DNA of 63,042 bases, filler included, from Neolecta irregularis DAH-3 (GCA_001929475.1; 7 parts of 7 records of this genome joined end to end with filler, not necessarily neighbours in it), one strand, 5' to 3'. Positions 11,892-24,364 are shown, counted from the whole stretch's first letter. Notes: a model not told the origin generated them from the sequence alone. Made by a program: numbers and translations.

Positions 11892-13464
11892 CTAAGTTTT
11901 GATCTCATAACTTCGCCTGTACATATCATCCACCTTTGTAAGGTAATAAGCCCCTTTATCGATTCGACGGACATCCCCCTGAGGAGTAAAGTTCTTTTGC
12001 AAATGAGCTTGATGCCGTTGCTCGAGTATCTGGCGAGTCAATAATATTTATTTAAAGGCACATACATCGTCATAAATGGATGGTTCAACGACCACTCGTG
12101 CATCAAGTCTTGCTTTCAGGTTAATATTTCGGGCCATCTCGGAGGTATCGCCTTTGATAAGGGCGGAGAAGAGCGAAGCAGCTAGGCCTGAACCATATGA
12201 GTAGATGCCAACACGCTTTCCGATCTAAAAGTGAGTTTTCTTGGCCCATTGATCTGGAATTACAAGCTCCTTCGAATCCGTCGCAGAAATGAGACTTGCG
12301 AGGCATGCATATACTGTAGCAGTGTACATGTTTCCGATGTTTTGGGGTGCATATAGACCAGCCTTAACACGTTGCTCAAATCTCTCCTTTGTCAGTACCA
12401 TAAAGGTCTTCTCTACTTCTTTCGAGGTGATTGATTGTTCGTAGGTTACCTCTGGAAGGTTGACTTCCGGAAACGAGGATGGATTTTCGAGATAATCATT
12501 GTAAAGCATTCTCGCATAAGATTTCTGAACAAGCTTGCATGTCGGAGAATGAAATACATTATAATCGAATCGATCAATCCCCAACCTATCTGTGGTTTCC
12601 GGAGAAAATTTGGAGATCTTTGCATAATATGATTTATAGCATTCATCTAAGGCCTTGGTGTAACACTGGAGCGAGAACTGACCGTCAACATAAGGATATT
12701 CAGTCCGCGGATCCGGTTTGTCTGCCAGGTCAGTAAGAACTAATCTCAGGAGAAAAACAGAAGTCATAAGCATGAGCCATGTAAGTACCACGTAATCCAG
12801 CTTCGACGACGATTGGAGCTCGGGGACCAACAAGCATGGCAACACATCCAGCACCTCCCGTAGGTCTTGCTGCACCCTTAGCATACAATGCGATATCTCC
12901 GGCGACGACTATAGCATTCCGTCCATCCCATGAGGAAGATTCGATCCAGTTAAGAGCGTTGAAGAAAGCGTTAGTACCTTGGTGAGCATTAATTACATAA
13001 AGGATGCAAACCTCCATAGCAAGCGTTAATGTTGTCCACACCTTCGATATCGTTATTCCCACTGGGTGCAAACAACTGCATGAGGACAGATTTGACACTC
13101 TTTGATTTATCAAGAAGGGTTTCTGTTCCAACTTCCAGGCGCCCAATGCTCTTAGGGTCAATCTTGTTTTTTTCCAGGAGTCGCGAAACAGTCGTCAGCG
13201 CCAACGAGTAAATATCTGAGTTGTCAGCATTTCATAAATCTCTTACTACCTTCTCGATCGTCACAGAATCCCATCTTCTTCTGCCCTAATCCGACTGTGT
13301 ACTTTCCAGCAGAAACGCCGTCGAACTTTTCAAGCTCGGCCTGGTCGACACACTTGAGGAAGCATTAGAGATAGTTCATCCTTGAAGAACAGCAGTACAA
13401 ATGAGGGAAAGTAAACTTCCATGGCCTTGATACCAACATCTTCGGGGCGGTCCAGAGGAGACAT
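11892..13464 (-). CDS. ERG13: Hydroxymethylglutaryl-CoA synthase
   Basis: [64 protein letters not shown] and SYGSG. Confidence 0.97.
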
Positions 13465-13994
13465 TCCAGAAGAGCGGGGAGAACAAAAAATGGCTAGGGG
13501 TCAAGGGCCTATATACGAGTTGAAATAGGATGGAGTGGCCGGTCTTCGCTACGGGAAGTACACAACAAAGACAAAACAAAACACCGCTCTTACGCTCGAG
13601 TCAGGAGATGAACGCAGTTTCGTTATCCGGCTTCCGGGCTTGGGGAGTTCGTTTTCGCGGGTAATAGCAGGATGTAACACATATCGTGAGACAGTGGGAC
13701 AAGCCAGGACTCATGTCGGCGCCCACTCATGGAACCGGGTCCGCCATGGGCTTGCGCCAAGCTGGAAAACAGAACATCGCAACAACATGTCTTCGGCAGT
13801 CGTCAGATCAATTAATATTGTCTCATAGATGCGAATATTGTCTCTGTAGATAGGTTACCGCATCTCCTTTAGTTTGCAAAAATGCTGTGGCAAATGGCCA
13901 CATCCAGCTCCCCTCATTCATCACGTCACTGCTCAATACATCATATATCACATCTTTCCCTTCATCCCTACAATTTGCTCCCCTCCTTCATGTA

Positions 13995-14197
13995 TGTTCT
14001 TGGGGCTCTGTTATTCATCCAAATATGGATTATCAAATTGGCTGTTCCGTGATCCGCCCGTGAGTATTTGTGCTGATCACACACAGTGGATCTGTGCGAT
14101 CTTAGTTATCACACCCACTGCTCTTGCTCTTTTATTCGATATACTCATGTACATTGCTCGGCTGCTTACCTCTCGTTTGAAATTGAAGAGACACTGA
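13995..14197 (+). CDS. Hypothetical small membrane protein
   Basis: Hydrophobic segment WICAILVITPTALALLFDILMYIARLL followed by a basic tail. Start and intron structure are uncertain. Confidence 0.35.
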
Positions 14198-14329
14198 GTA
14201 TCTGGCTGGTCTAGTATACACTAGCGGCCCCATTCTTTCTAGTGGGAAAATTATGGTGCGGTAAACCTTCCCGTTGAAACAAATTGCTAAACTTGAAGTA
14301 TAAATCTTTTCCTTATAATCCTAGCACTC

Positions 14330-15255
14330 TTAAAGACCGAGATTGTCCAACCATTCCTCGCCTTTCTTTTCCAGTTTCAGCTCGCGCTCCAGCCGTTCCA
14401 TTGGATCATCTATCCTCCGAGTTTCAGGCTCTATAGCGCCATTCATCTCACGCTCGTACTCGGTTTCAGCGCGGGCTGACTGTAAATCTGCCATTTGCTG
14501 TTGACGTAATTCCTCATCTTGAGAAAATTGGTAAAATGCAACACCTTTTGTTCGGATTTCTCGGGTCCCATCATAATGAACTTCGGGAACTAGTATGATT
14601 AATAGAGCTTTACGTCATAAGCAACGTACCTGTGTCAGGTTCCTCGAGAATTTCTTTCATCTTCTTGTCGTCTAAATTAGGAGCCGCTTGTATATGATCA
14701 CCGCGAATGACATTCTCGCTGTTTGTTAAAAATACGCATAGACAGAACCCATACGGAACCGTCGCCTGTTTTCCTACCATTCTCACACGACCAAACTGAT
14801 CTATCCGAGTAGCTTGATGAGCAGGCACCCAAATGCAGCGTCCGAACTCGTCAGTTGTTTCCACCAAATCCTCCTCTTCCTCTTCCTCTTCCTCTTCGTT
14901 TCGGGAGATCTTTTCCTCTTCCCATTTTTGCGAGAAGTCAATTAGACATTCTGGCCCCTCCCCCATGTCACCGCGTTGCATTTTCTCATATAGACGAGAT
15001 TTTCGTTCCAGAGCCATCTTCACTCGAATATGGTCATCGGTAAGAATCGCTTCCGTATCCTTATTTACCCGCAGGCCAACTCCTTTGTTCTGTTTAATGA
15101 TCTACAGTCTTGAGATATGGCGCAAATGGACATCATACAGGCTTCTTAGAAACGCGATTTGTCCACCCATTCTTCTTTTGCTGTGTAAACTTCTCTTTTG
15201 CCTCTTCAACCTGAGATAACAGATCAAAGGATGAAATTTTTATTTTAGGTGGCAT
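14330..15255 (-). CDS. CCDC174/DUF4078-family coiled-coil protein
   Basis: ALERKSRLYEKM, TDEFGR and HYDGTREIRTKGVAFYQFSQDEELRQQQM. Confidence 0.85.
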
Positions 15256-15593
15256 TCAGGCCAACCACCATGCGTATTTATTGCAAAAATCTGAATATGC
15301 CACGTTTGGAATAAGTTTGACGAAGAGGGTGTTGAACTAGAGGTTTGCCACGTGATTATGGATATGGCATCCGAGGTCCCAGCTCGTTTACACCGAGTTT
15401 TAGAAGAGCTGCCGAAAGGTCGTGATTCTGTTTGATCTCACTTTCAATATTATAATTTTAACTTGGCTATGCTATTTATCTTCACAATCTACCGGGTCGA
15501 AATTGAAAGCGCGGTTTTTTGGTGGTCAAACGATTGTCACTGTCAACGACCTTAGGGTGGGTGCTGGTATGGAATTGGGTTGGGTATTCTTCC

Positions 15594-15844
15594 TATAGTC
15601 GAACTTGCTTATAACGAACGTAGTGTTCAAGGGTGTTCAATCTGTTATAAGGCGGATTCGCTCTATCACGATGAAAAAATACCCCACTAATTAGTTCTGG
15701 AAACAGTTGGATTCGTTGTACGGAGGTTCCCTATAAGCTCTGTCACGATGAAAAAACCCCGCTAATTAATTCTGGAAACCAGTTGGATTCGTCGTAAGGA
15801 GGAATTCGTTGTACAGAGGTTCCCTATAGCCAGGTTCGACTGTA
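15594..15844. mobile_element. Degenerate pogo/Tc1-mariner-type MITE
   Basis: TA-flanked imperfect terminal inverted repeats TA|TAGTCGAACTTGCTTATA ... TATAGCCAGGTTCGACTG|TA, with an internal duplication of about 75 bp. Confidence 0.7.
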
Positions 15845-15953
15845 CATCGGAACCGATGCATCGTGTCTCATTCCATGGATACCACAGAGACAATAATTTA
15901 ATGGCAGACACTGGTATAAGTTTCAGCGAGTTCCATCAATCTTTTGCATCATC

Positions 15954-16722
15954 ATGCAGTTCAACTGTCATATTCTCTTGATTCTCGCACCATACGTCAT
16001 TGCGACAAACTGGTTGGATCTATACACCCCAGCTCAGGATGGCGGCATGTATCGTGATATCCCGGCCATCTTGATCAAGAAGTTATCCTACGTTGTACCA
16101 CTGTGCAAGCAAGATACAGACTACTTGGCCAGTTGGAATTCAGCCGTCCAGTTTTGCGCAAAGGCTTGTTGAAACACACGATCCATGCCATTCATTCCAA
16201 ATCGAATTTCCGACTATATCAAGCACCCGCGAACGCATTATTACATGCAACACTTTTCGTCTGCCAGTAGCGCGAGATCTCGTCTCGCAAGTCGTTGAAT
16301 CATCTGAAACTGAAAACAAAGCCCGTGTTACCTTTACGTACCTTTTATTCTCAGATTTACATTAATCATCTAGCCTTGCCGATACCAAATTCCTTGTACC
16401 GGAATTTGGAAACAAGCTATATCGCGGTGTTTACAATTTCAATACCTGGACAAATAACTTCGGTCCTACCTACTATATTTTACATCGATATCTTCATCCA
16501 ACATTTCCAAGTCGCTTTCGACCTACTCGTAATACACATCAAATCGATTTCAATACCAGGACAAATAACCTCGATCCTACCTACAATATACCAAACCTAG
16601 ACCGTTGGAATCCCCAATGGAAACATAACGATATTTTAAATCGACATCTTTATCCAACCTTTCCAAGTCGTTTTCGACCTAGTCGTAATACACATCAAAT
16701 CATGGAGGTTCTATCGACTTGA
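15954..16722 (+). CDS. Putative lineage-specific secreted protein with an internal repeat (may be a pseudogene; further fragments extend to about 17520)
   Basis: Signal-peptide-like MQFNCHILLILAPYVIA, TATA-like element at about 15916, and an open exon 16374-16722 with a duplicated LxPTFPSRFRPxRNTHQI motif. Confidence 0.35.
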
Positions 16723-17787
16723 AAAGAACAAAACTCTTCTCCAGTCTCTCATTTCGAAATCTTTCAAGTTACTTGCCGATATTGGCATCTTCCATCGATG
16801 AAAAAGATGGAGAATCGTTTTCAGTAACAGTGGGAAAGAAAGAGAAAGAGATGCAGGTTTATTCAGTATCCTGTGTAGGTGGACCGATAACATATTACTC
16901 CATTTCTGTGTTCGCGAATATACCTTTCAGCATCAAGGAAAGCAAAAGGGAGTACTAGACTTGTTTGTAGCCCAAAAAGAGACAATCGACGATACTTCTT
17001 TTACTGATAAATTCTGGTCAAACAGTATCTACTTTCCCACCACGAGTGGTGTAGGAATCCTGCAACCAATACGTAATCAAATTCAAACCGATTTCATCTC
17101 TTTTCTCCAAAATGCTCTTCCATCACCATGGGAGCTCTCCCCGATGGCTCCGCTACATTCTGCAGTCGATTGCAATTTCCGCAAGAATGGGAGTACTGGC
17201 AGTTCGCTTGACTCGACTTACGGTTTAATATCTTACTTGATCCAACAAATCATACCTGGATTTTACAGGCTGCGCGGCGACAGTTGTCTCCTACTTGGAG
17301 ACTTGGTGATGAATGATTTGGGAAAGTATATGGAATCCCCGCACGCGATCTGGACCGGGATATGCCGCGTTTCATTCCACCATCAACTTTTAAAGCAAAG
17401 TTGAGTGATATCACGATTATGACGTCTGAAACTCAAGAGAGTGAAACTGAATCATGGAACGCTTTCGACATTGCTCAAACTGAAAATGACCAAGAAAATA
17501 TTTCTGAGCCGATTTCATAAATAATGAACTAGAAGGCATTACACCACCGGATGACGTGTCCTTTGAAAATGGATTCTGGTTTTCCTCTACGATTGAAGCT
17601 TAGGGCCGGGAGCTAGTCTTTTGCGGCAGCGAAAATACAATCCTTATAATTCTCTGTTTACCTCGTCCTTACCTATCACTAAACACACCTTCACTCTTCC
17701 CCTCTGCCTCATATTCCTCAAACTATCTCAACACCACAAAGCCAAGGTTATCCAAATATCCCTCGAACCTCGCCGACTTGCAGCCTG

Positions 17788-18637
17788 CGTGTCACACGCC
17801 CACCTGCCCGCTGGCGCCTCCCCAGCGGGCGGGAGGTTCAGATTTCTCCGGCGGGCGGGTGGACACACGGACCCCACGGAACGAGTGAACTGGTGGCGCC
17901 TGTCCAGTTTGGCACACAGAGCACAAATGGAGGTCACAGAGCCAGAAGCGGAAGGAGGAGCACAACTCAAGGCACGACGCGCTGATGGATTTATTTAAAG
18001 GAGGGCAAGGAGGGCGAGTAAGGAGGGCGGCCAAGGCCCGTGCCCAACACTACTCTCAGGTCGGATTTTATGCCTCCCGCCTTCACCAAGAGATCCAACC
18101 ACCCACCTGGAGAATGCTCTGGCAGGCTGTTCGGTTGTATGGCAGTTTGGTAGTTTCCTCCATGTGATGCTTCTTCAAAGATCCCCTTTTGATTTTCTTG
18201 TATTGAATTTGTTGGCAGACCATTAGTTTTGTCTTTAAATTTTGATCCCGATAGTGTTTGTTTTGTTTCGTTTGAATACGTTGGCTGGTTGTTCAACTGT
18301 GAATTGATTGCAATTTGCTCAAAGTTACACTCGCAAGATTTGTCAAGGACCACATGATACAGTGATCAGGATGATACGACATGAATTTTGAATGTGCAGC
18401 ATACTTCCTTCACCAATGAAAGTAATGGCCAGATAGAAATCATTCTATACTAGCAATTTTGGTTATTTAGTGAATATTGTATTGCACCTATCCTAATTGT
18501 CAAAAAAAACGCTTTGACCTGCCCGCCCGCCTGCCGGAAACGTTTTGACCCGGCCGCCCGCTTCCAGGAGATTGATTGACCTGCCCGCCCGCCAGAGGGA
18601 CTCCGGCGGGGTCGGGCGAGCGGGTGGACACACTGTA
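17788..18637. mobile_element. DNA transposon relic(s) with ACCTGCCCGC/GCGGGT subterminal-type repeats
   Basis: GCGGGTGGACACAC occurs at about 17855 and 18620 (the second followed by TGTA), with clustered direct and inverted CCCGC motifs. Confidence 0.45.
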
Positions 18638-18647
18638 AAAATTTATA

Positions 18648-18768
18648 AAGCAAGTCCAGATAAGCAAGTCCAAGTTTGCAAGTAAAATAGCAAGTAAGTC
18701 CAAGCAAGCAAGTCCAAGCAAGCAAGTCCAAAGGCCTGAAATATGCAAGCAAGCAAGTCCAAAGTCCA
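18648..18768. repeat. CAAGCAAGTC-type minisatellite at a contig end
   Basis: Multiple (GCAA)n-GTCCA units are visible up to the gap. Confidence 0.85.
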
Positions 18769-18868
18769 NNNNNNNNNNNNNNNNNNNNNNNNNNNNNNNN
18801 NNNNNNNNNNNNTTAATTAATTAANNNNNNNNNNNNNNNNNNNNNNNNNNNNNNNNNNNNNNNNNNNN
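18769..18868. other. Artificial scaffold linker (N run with TTAATTAATTAA); the same linker occurs at 29726, 31852, 33634, 56783 and 58352
   Basis: Six identical 100-nt N blocks with a central six-frame stop cassette. Confidence 0.97.
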
Positions 18869-19369
18869 GGCCCTGCCGCTGTGGCTGTATGCGATGGCGG
18901 GCACGGCCGTCCGCTGGCGCGACAGCGAGCTGCGTGTCGACAGCGACATGACGGTGCGGCGTGCGGAGTAGTCGCAATCACTCCGTCGCCGCACTATTCC
19001 TTAGCATGACCGCCTGAGCATTACCGCCTTATTATATTGCCGATTACTTAGTATTACCGCCATATCACCACTCTGTTGCTTAGTATGACCCTGTTCCGCC
19101 ATCCATTAGCATTATTCCCCGCTGCCACTCTCGCCCAGTACCCGCCCGCAATCCCGCCCACTCTCCTTATTCTGTCTCATGGCCCCTCACGCGGCCACCG
19201 CATGTCCCCGCCCGCGCTGTCTCACAGCCCCGCCCGCTGTCACTCGCAGCACAATGCGCTGTCTCAGCTGCTGCTGCTGCTGCGGCTGCCGCCTGCCAGC
19301 GCCCTTATAAATAGCGCTCCCTGCGGAAAATGGCCCAAATCGTCCATTCGCTAGGCACACTCGCTCTCC

Positions 19370-20017
19370 ATGAAGTTCATTGCCGCTGCCGCCCTCGTTA
19401 CTGTCGCCCTCGCCGCAAACGGGCCTCCCGATTGCGTCATCCCCGCCGTCACAAAAGTCGTCAAAGACCTCGGCCTCAAGTTTGACATCAAAGCGCTCTG
19501 CGCAAACCAAGAGTTCATCAACAGACTCACCCCCGCGGTCCGCCAGGCCTGCTCGCCCAGCGACTTTGCCCTCGCCATCCAGGCCTCAAAGGATCTCTGT
19601 GCCCAGGCAGGTGTCGACATCAGCTCAAAGCTCCCTCCACTTGAGGAGGAGGCCGAACATCCCAAAACCTCATCCGCTCATTGCAAGACCACCACCTCTA
19701 CTGCTCCTTGCAAGACAACAACCTCTTCCGCTCCTTGCAAGACCACCACCTCTTCGGCTCCTTGCTCAAAGGTCACAACCTCCTCTGCTCACTGCCCATC
19801 GCACACAACCAAGGCTGTCACTTCCACCGCTTCATGCCCAGACCATACCACAACTCCCGCCGCTCCTTCAAGCACCCACGAATGCCACAAAACACACTCG
19901 CACCACGCAACCTGTACCACAAAACCACCCGTCCCGACCCATGAAAGCACCGGTAACTTCCTCTTCATCAGCGGAGGGATGATGGGTCTCGCCGCCTTCG
20001 CCGCCGCTCTCTTGTAA
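19370..20017 (+). CDS. Secreted, probably GPI-anchored CFEM-like cell-surface protein with four Cys
   Basis: Signal peptide, CFEM-like spacing PDC..DIKALC..ACSPSD..LC, Thr/Ser-rich CKTTTSSAP repeats, hydrophobic C terminus, and TATAAATA at about 19306. Confidence 0.8.
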   Translation: MKFIAAAALVTVALAANGPPDCVIPAVTKVVKDLGLKFDIKALCANQEFINRLTPAVRQACSPSDFALAIQASKDLCAQAGVDISSKLPPLEEEAEHPKTSSAHCKTTTSTAPCKTTTSSAPCKTTTSSAPCSKVTTSSAHCPSHTTKAVTSTASCPDHTTTPAAPSSTHECHKTHSHHATCTTKPPVPTHESTGNFLFISGGMMGLAAFAAALL

Positions 20018-20190
20018 CCTCGACCTTTTTGTAGAGACTTTCTTATATATACATAATATAGATTTGTTTGAATATCCTTCTTAATATATCAAACGAGCTT
20101 TCTTATAATATAAATGATTTGCATATTGTTCAGCTAATCTATTCAATTGTCACTAATATTCATCCGTGTATGACGTCATTAAAGGCATTC

Positions 20191-21080
20191 ATGAAACGTC
20201 TACAGCCTTTTTTACTCTGGGCATCGACTCGCCAAATGTCATTCACCGCACCAACATCCTGTATATCCCCCCTAGAAATCGCAAAGAAACAAGCTGCTTA
20301 TGCAGCTGTCGATAAATATTTCCCGTCAAATGCACGAGCGGTAGGCATTGGTAGTGGCAGTACAATCATCTATGCCGTCGACAGAATCAAAGAATCTGGA
20401 TTGGGAAAGGGAGTGGTATTTGTACCGACCGGATATCAAAGTAAATTACTCCTTGAACGGGCAGAGTTAACAGTCGCCCCAATCGATCGGTCTGGTTCAT
20501 TTAATAACGGCTAGCTTATCTTAGATTCGATCTTTTGGATATCACTTTTGATGGTGCAGATGAAGTTGATGGAAATTTAGATATTATTAAAGGAGGCGGC
20601 GCATGTCTTTTTCAAGAAAAATTAATCGCGGTTTGTAGTAAGAAATTGGTAATAGTAGCAGGTATCTATGCCCTCAAATTTTCTCATTTTATCTAGATTC
20701 ACGTAAACGATCGGATATTTTGGGAACGAATTGGGAGTCTGGAGTGCCTATTGAAGTGGTTCCTACAGCATACACCTACGTACTAAAACAACTTTTAAAA
20801 CTGGGATGCAGGGAACCACAGTTACGTATGGGCGGCAAAGCTAAAGCAGGTTTATCCCTTATATTATTCCTTTTTGACATTTATAGGGCCTGTAATTACG
20901 GATAACTGCAATTTCATCATCGATGCTCCCTGGGGAAAAATTAATGTCCCGCGTTTACTTGAGAAACAAATTAAAGAGATTGTGGGAGTTGTTGAAGTTG
21001 GGTTATTTATTGGACTTGCCCATGTTGTTGTTTTTGCTGGTAATGACGGCATCCATGAATTGGTACGAAAGAAGAACTAA
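20191..21080 (+). CDS. RKI1: Ribose-5-phosphate isomerase A (start at 20191 or 20236)
   Basis: [41 protein letters not shown] and GVVEVGLF. Confidence 0.96.
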
Positions 21081-21408
21081 ATTGATCTTCTTGTTCTTTA
21101 TATAGAAACGTTTCCGAATTGATGGTCCGTTTTTCCAAAACCGAAAATCATTTCCAAAAGCGGCTGGTTGATCTACTAGACTATCCGCTTTCAATTTCTA
21201 TATTTGGAATTTTTCTCACTTGGTGAGGTCGCAGCATCTAATTATCTCATCGATCACTCCTCCCAGCCGCATGCGGGAAATCTTTTCGGGGATTTCGATC
21301 GTCACAACTATAATTGACGCAATCAGCTCTATCGCAGAGATATAAATAAACAGCGATGATGCCCGGACTTTTCAATCCTCTAACTTGATGCTTTTTTCAG
21401 CTGGTAAT

Positions 21409-22897
21409 ATGGTTTCCCTAACGTTGTTACTCAGTGCTGGTTTTGTTTCTTCGATTACTTTGGTTGCTTCGACTAGTTCTTCTAGTGTCTCATCCCTACC
21501 TGTATCGTCGACCGTTCTATCAGTTATCGTATCAAGTTCGACGTCGACCGTTCTATCAGTTATCGTATCGAGCTCGACTGTAGCAATCTCATCGGCTCCA
21601 GCTTCATCGGCATCAACCTCTTTGCAAACAGCGCCGATGTTGAGCACGCAGCCTTCTGGCAGCCTCATCATAATTCCTCGTATGGTCATCACCAACTTGA
21701 AGCTAATCTCTAGAAACTACTAGTGCTAATACTCCAACGGTTACTGGAGCCGTCACTCCATTAGGCGCCCCGCGTTACATCCTATTTGTCTCGTCTCCCG
21801 GCCCTCTCTCTGGCTTCTCTCTCAACTCAAATTTTCTTCTTACTCCGAGTGCAGTCACCCCTGTCGTGATCAATATCGTTCAGGGATTTGCCAAGGTCGG
21901 GTCCGATTACATCCTTTTATCACTTTCGACAAACTCCCTTTCGTTAAGCCCTAGTCCAAACGTCGCTGGCTTTGTCTCTCAAACGTTTGCCCTCAGTTTT
22001 CTCGCTAAGCGACAAATCGGTAGTAGTGCCTTGAGCTTTTCGTTTCCAAATGGAACACCCGGGATAATCTACGCTTGTCCAGCTCCAGGTGGCGCTTTTT
22101 CTCTCTTTATCTCTTCAAACCCTGCGACTGTCGGTGCAGGATGTATACTTATCACCATTGGTGCTACTACACTCAGTTTTATTCCCACAAACATCGCCAC
22201 GTCAATCGGTCCAGTAAGTACTGGATCCACCAACGTCGATTCTTCCTTTTGCGCTACAATAAATACAAACTCGGTAGTAGTTTCCATTTGTACAAACTCG
22301 ACTACTACCGTTAACGGAGTTTCTGGGAATATTATCAACATTACTCAAAACACAAACATCATTATCGGAAGTAACCCTGTTCAATTCGTCAATGGATTCT
22401 ACTCATTGGGCGGGAATCCTAATATCCAAGGCCAATTTTTTAATGCGTTTTGTACAACATCATGGTCTTGTACTTTGATTCCTGCCAACGCTGCAGCTTT
22501 CGGCGCTGTGGCTTCCGCGAGTGCGGCGGCCAGTGCAGCTGCCAGGTATTCGCTTTCCTTGAATGTTGGTGTCTAACGTATAGTGCCGGTGCATCTTCTT
22601 CTGGGATTGCTGCTGCTGCACAAGCTGCTGCTCAAGCTAGGTATATATCATCTTGACGTCCAATGCTAACTTTTTTCTAGTGCCTCTAGTTCAAGTTCCT
22701 CTGGTGGAGCTATGGCTAATGCCAATGCCGCCGCTTCAGCTAATGCAGGATCTGCTGGATCACCCGTCAAAGCTGGATCTACAGTCGCTTCTGTCCCTTC
22801 ACCTGCCAGATTCACCAGCGCCAGCGAAGTGAAAAATGCCCCTTCTTCTTCAATTTTTGCCTTTATCTTTGCTCTAGTAGGTCTTATCGCCATCTAA
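21409..22897 (+). CDS. Ser/Thr/Ala-rich secreted, probably GPI-anchored surface protein, multi-exon, no recognised family
   Basis: Signal peptide MVSLTLLLSAGFVSS, low-complexity segments, a Cys-containing central region, and the hydrophobic tail SSIFAFIFALVGLIAI. Confidence 0.7.
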
Positions 22898-23610
22898 CAA
22901 GCAAATCTTTTGTCTTTTCTCTAATTCTTGAAGAAAATGTTTAATGTCTTGATTATTAATTTAATATTTCTTTTGATTTCAGGTGATGTAGGCAAGGTAG
23001 AAAAAATGATAATATAATATCTGCTAGTATTAACATTACACATTCACTCGAATAAACATCCTATTGAAACTACTCACTGGTTTGGTATTGTGCTATGATA
23101 TCAGAGTTTATCAAGTGTAAGTTTTGATACTACAAAGTACAAATAAGACCAGGTTTATAGTACTAACCTAAGTGTTGTATCTTCTAGGGAAACGTACCTA
23201 GCCTAAGTGTTGTATCTTAGGCTAGGTATTCTAATTACATCAAGTTATCCGGCCATAAAGGCCGCAATACGATCCCACGCCTCTTGCCATATTACCTGGA
23301 GCGTACATTCTTACATCTAGAGGATTCTGTTCATTAATTAATACTTTACTGAAAACCTGTTTGTTGGTGAGATAGAACACTGTTCATTTGGAATCTGTTC
23401 GTTTGGACGTGCTAACCCAGCTCATCCAGACGATCTTGAACAATCCATGCGCCACATCAGCTCTGTGCGAATAGTGGCTGAATGATATTACGGTCATTAA
23501 AAAGTAAATAAGGAAGTAAAAATGGATATACTTGGCCAAGTACCCATAATTTAGGCATGATAATACCTTACTAGTACTAAGGGTTCACCACTTACAGGTT
23601 CCTAACCGCC

Positions 23611-24288
23611 ATGTATTCCTGCCTCCAGCGAGCAAACACCCTTTCCTCCCTTTTCAGCTCGGTAATTCTAGGATTATGTGCTCTTATTGCCGCGTCCTCT
23701 TGGCTCTTCTCGGCTGATCCGTCCGCTTCAGTGCAAGTACAAGCGATCAACGTGTACCTTCCTCCCGCGAGATTTTTCGCTTAATTGCAGTTATCATGCC
23801 AGAACACACTATCATCACACAGCCCAAGAATTCATGCGGGTCAATTTTGATTTGGAAGCTGGTAGATTCCTCTTTATTGCATTTCTTTTATTAATAACTA
23901 GATCTCACGAGTTTATTTAATTGGAATACAAAACAGCTATTTATCTATGTAGTTGCTTCGTATCCAGGTTCGAAATACGTATACTTCCTACTTATAATCA
24001 TTCTGACTTAAGCATGCCAATGATGTAGTGATTTGGGATAAAATAATCAAATCAAAGCAAAGGGCCAAATTTAGCGCTCCAAATCTGAAGGAAAAGTATA
24101 AAGTTGCTGATATTGCTGGTTCATGGGCGTACGCTTCCACTATCATGAGACATCAGTTAAACCTCTCTAGCAATAGAAACGCAACATTTAGTCTTCAATG
24201 GAATGTAATGCCGCAAACTGGACTTTTGGTTTGGGGATCAAGTCAGGGAACAACACCTATTTTATTACCTAGGCCAAAACAAAAGTAA
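23611..24288 (+). CDS. SPC3: Signal peptidase complex subunit Spc3/SPCS3
   Basis: MYSCLQRAN plus a transmembrane segment, WNTKQLFIYVVASY, VVIWDKII and LQWNVMPQTGLL. Confidence 0.92.
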
Positions 24289-24364
24289 AAAGATGGCACA
24301 AGAAAAAGACAAATACGGTTACTATACGTATTATTTGGCTACGTTTCAATATTTTGTGCTTTGA

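Noticed and set aside
4043-13464. PRISE reductase and HMG-CoA synthase as a terpenoid or steroid gene cluster
   Set aside because: No synthase or P450 backbone gene, and they are separated by unrelated housekeeping genes.
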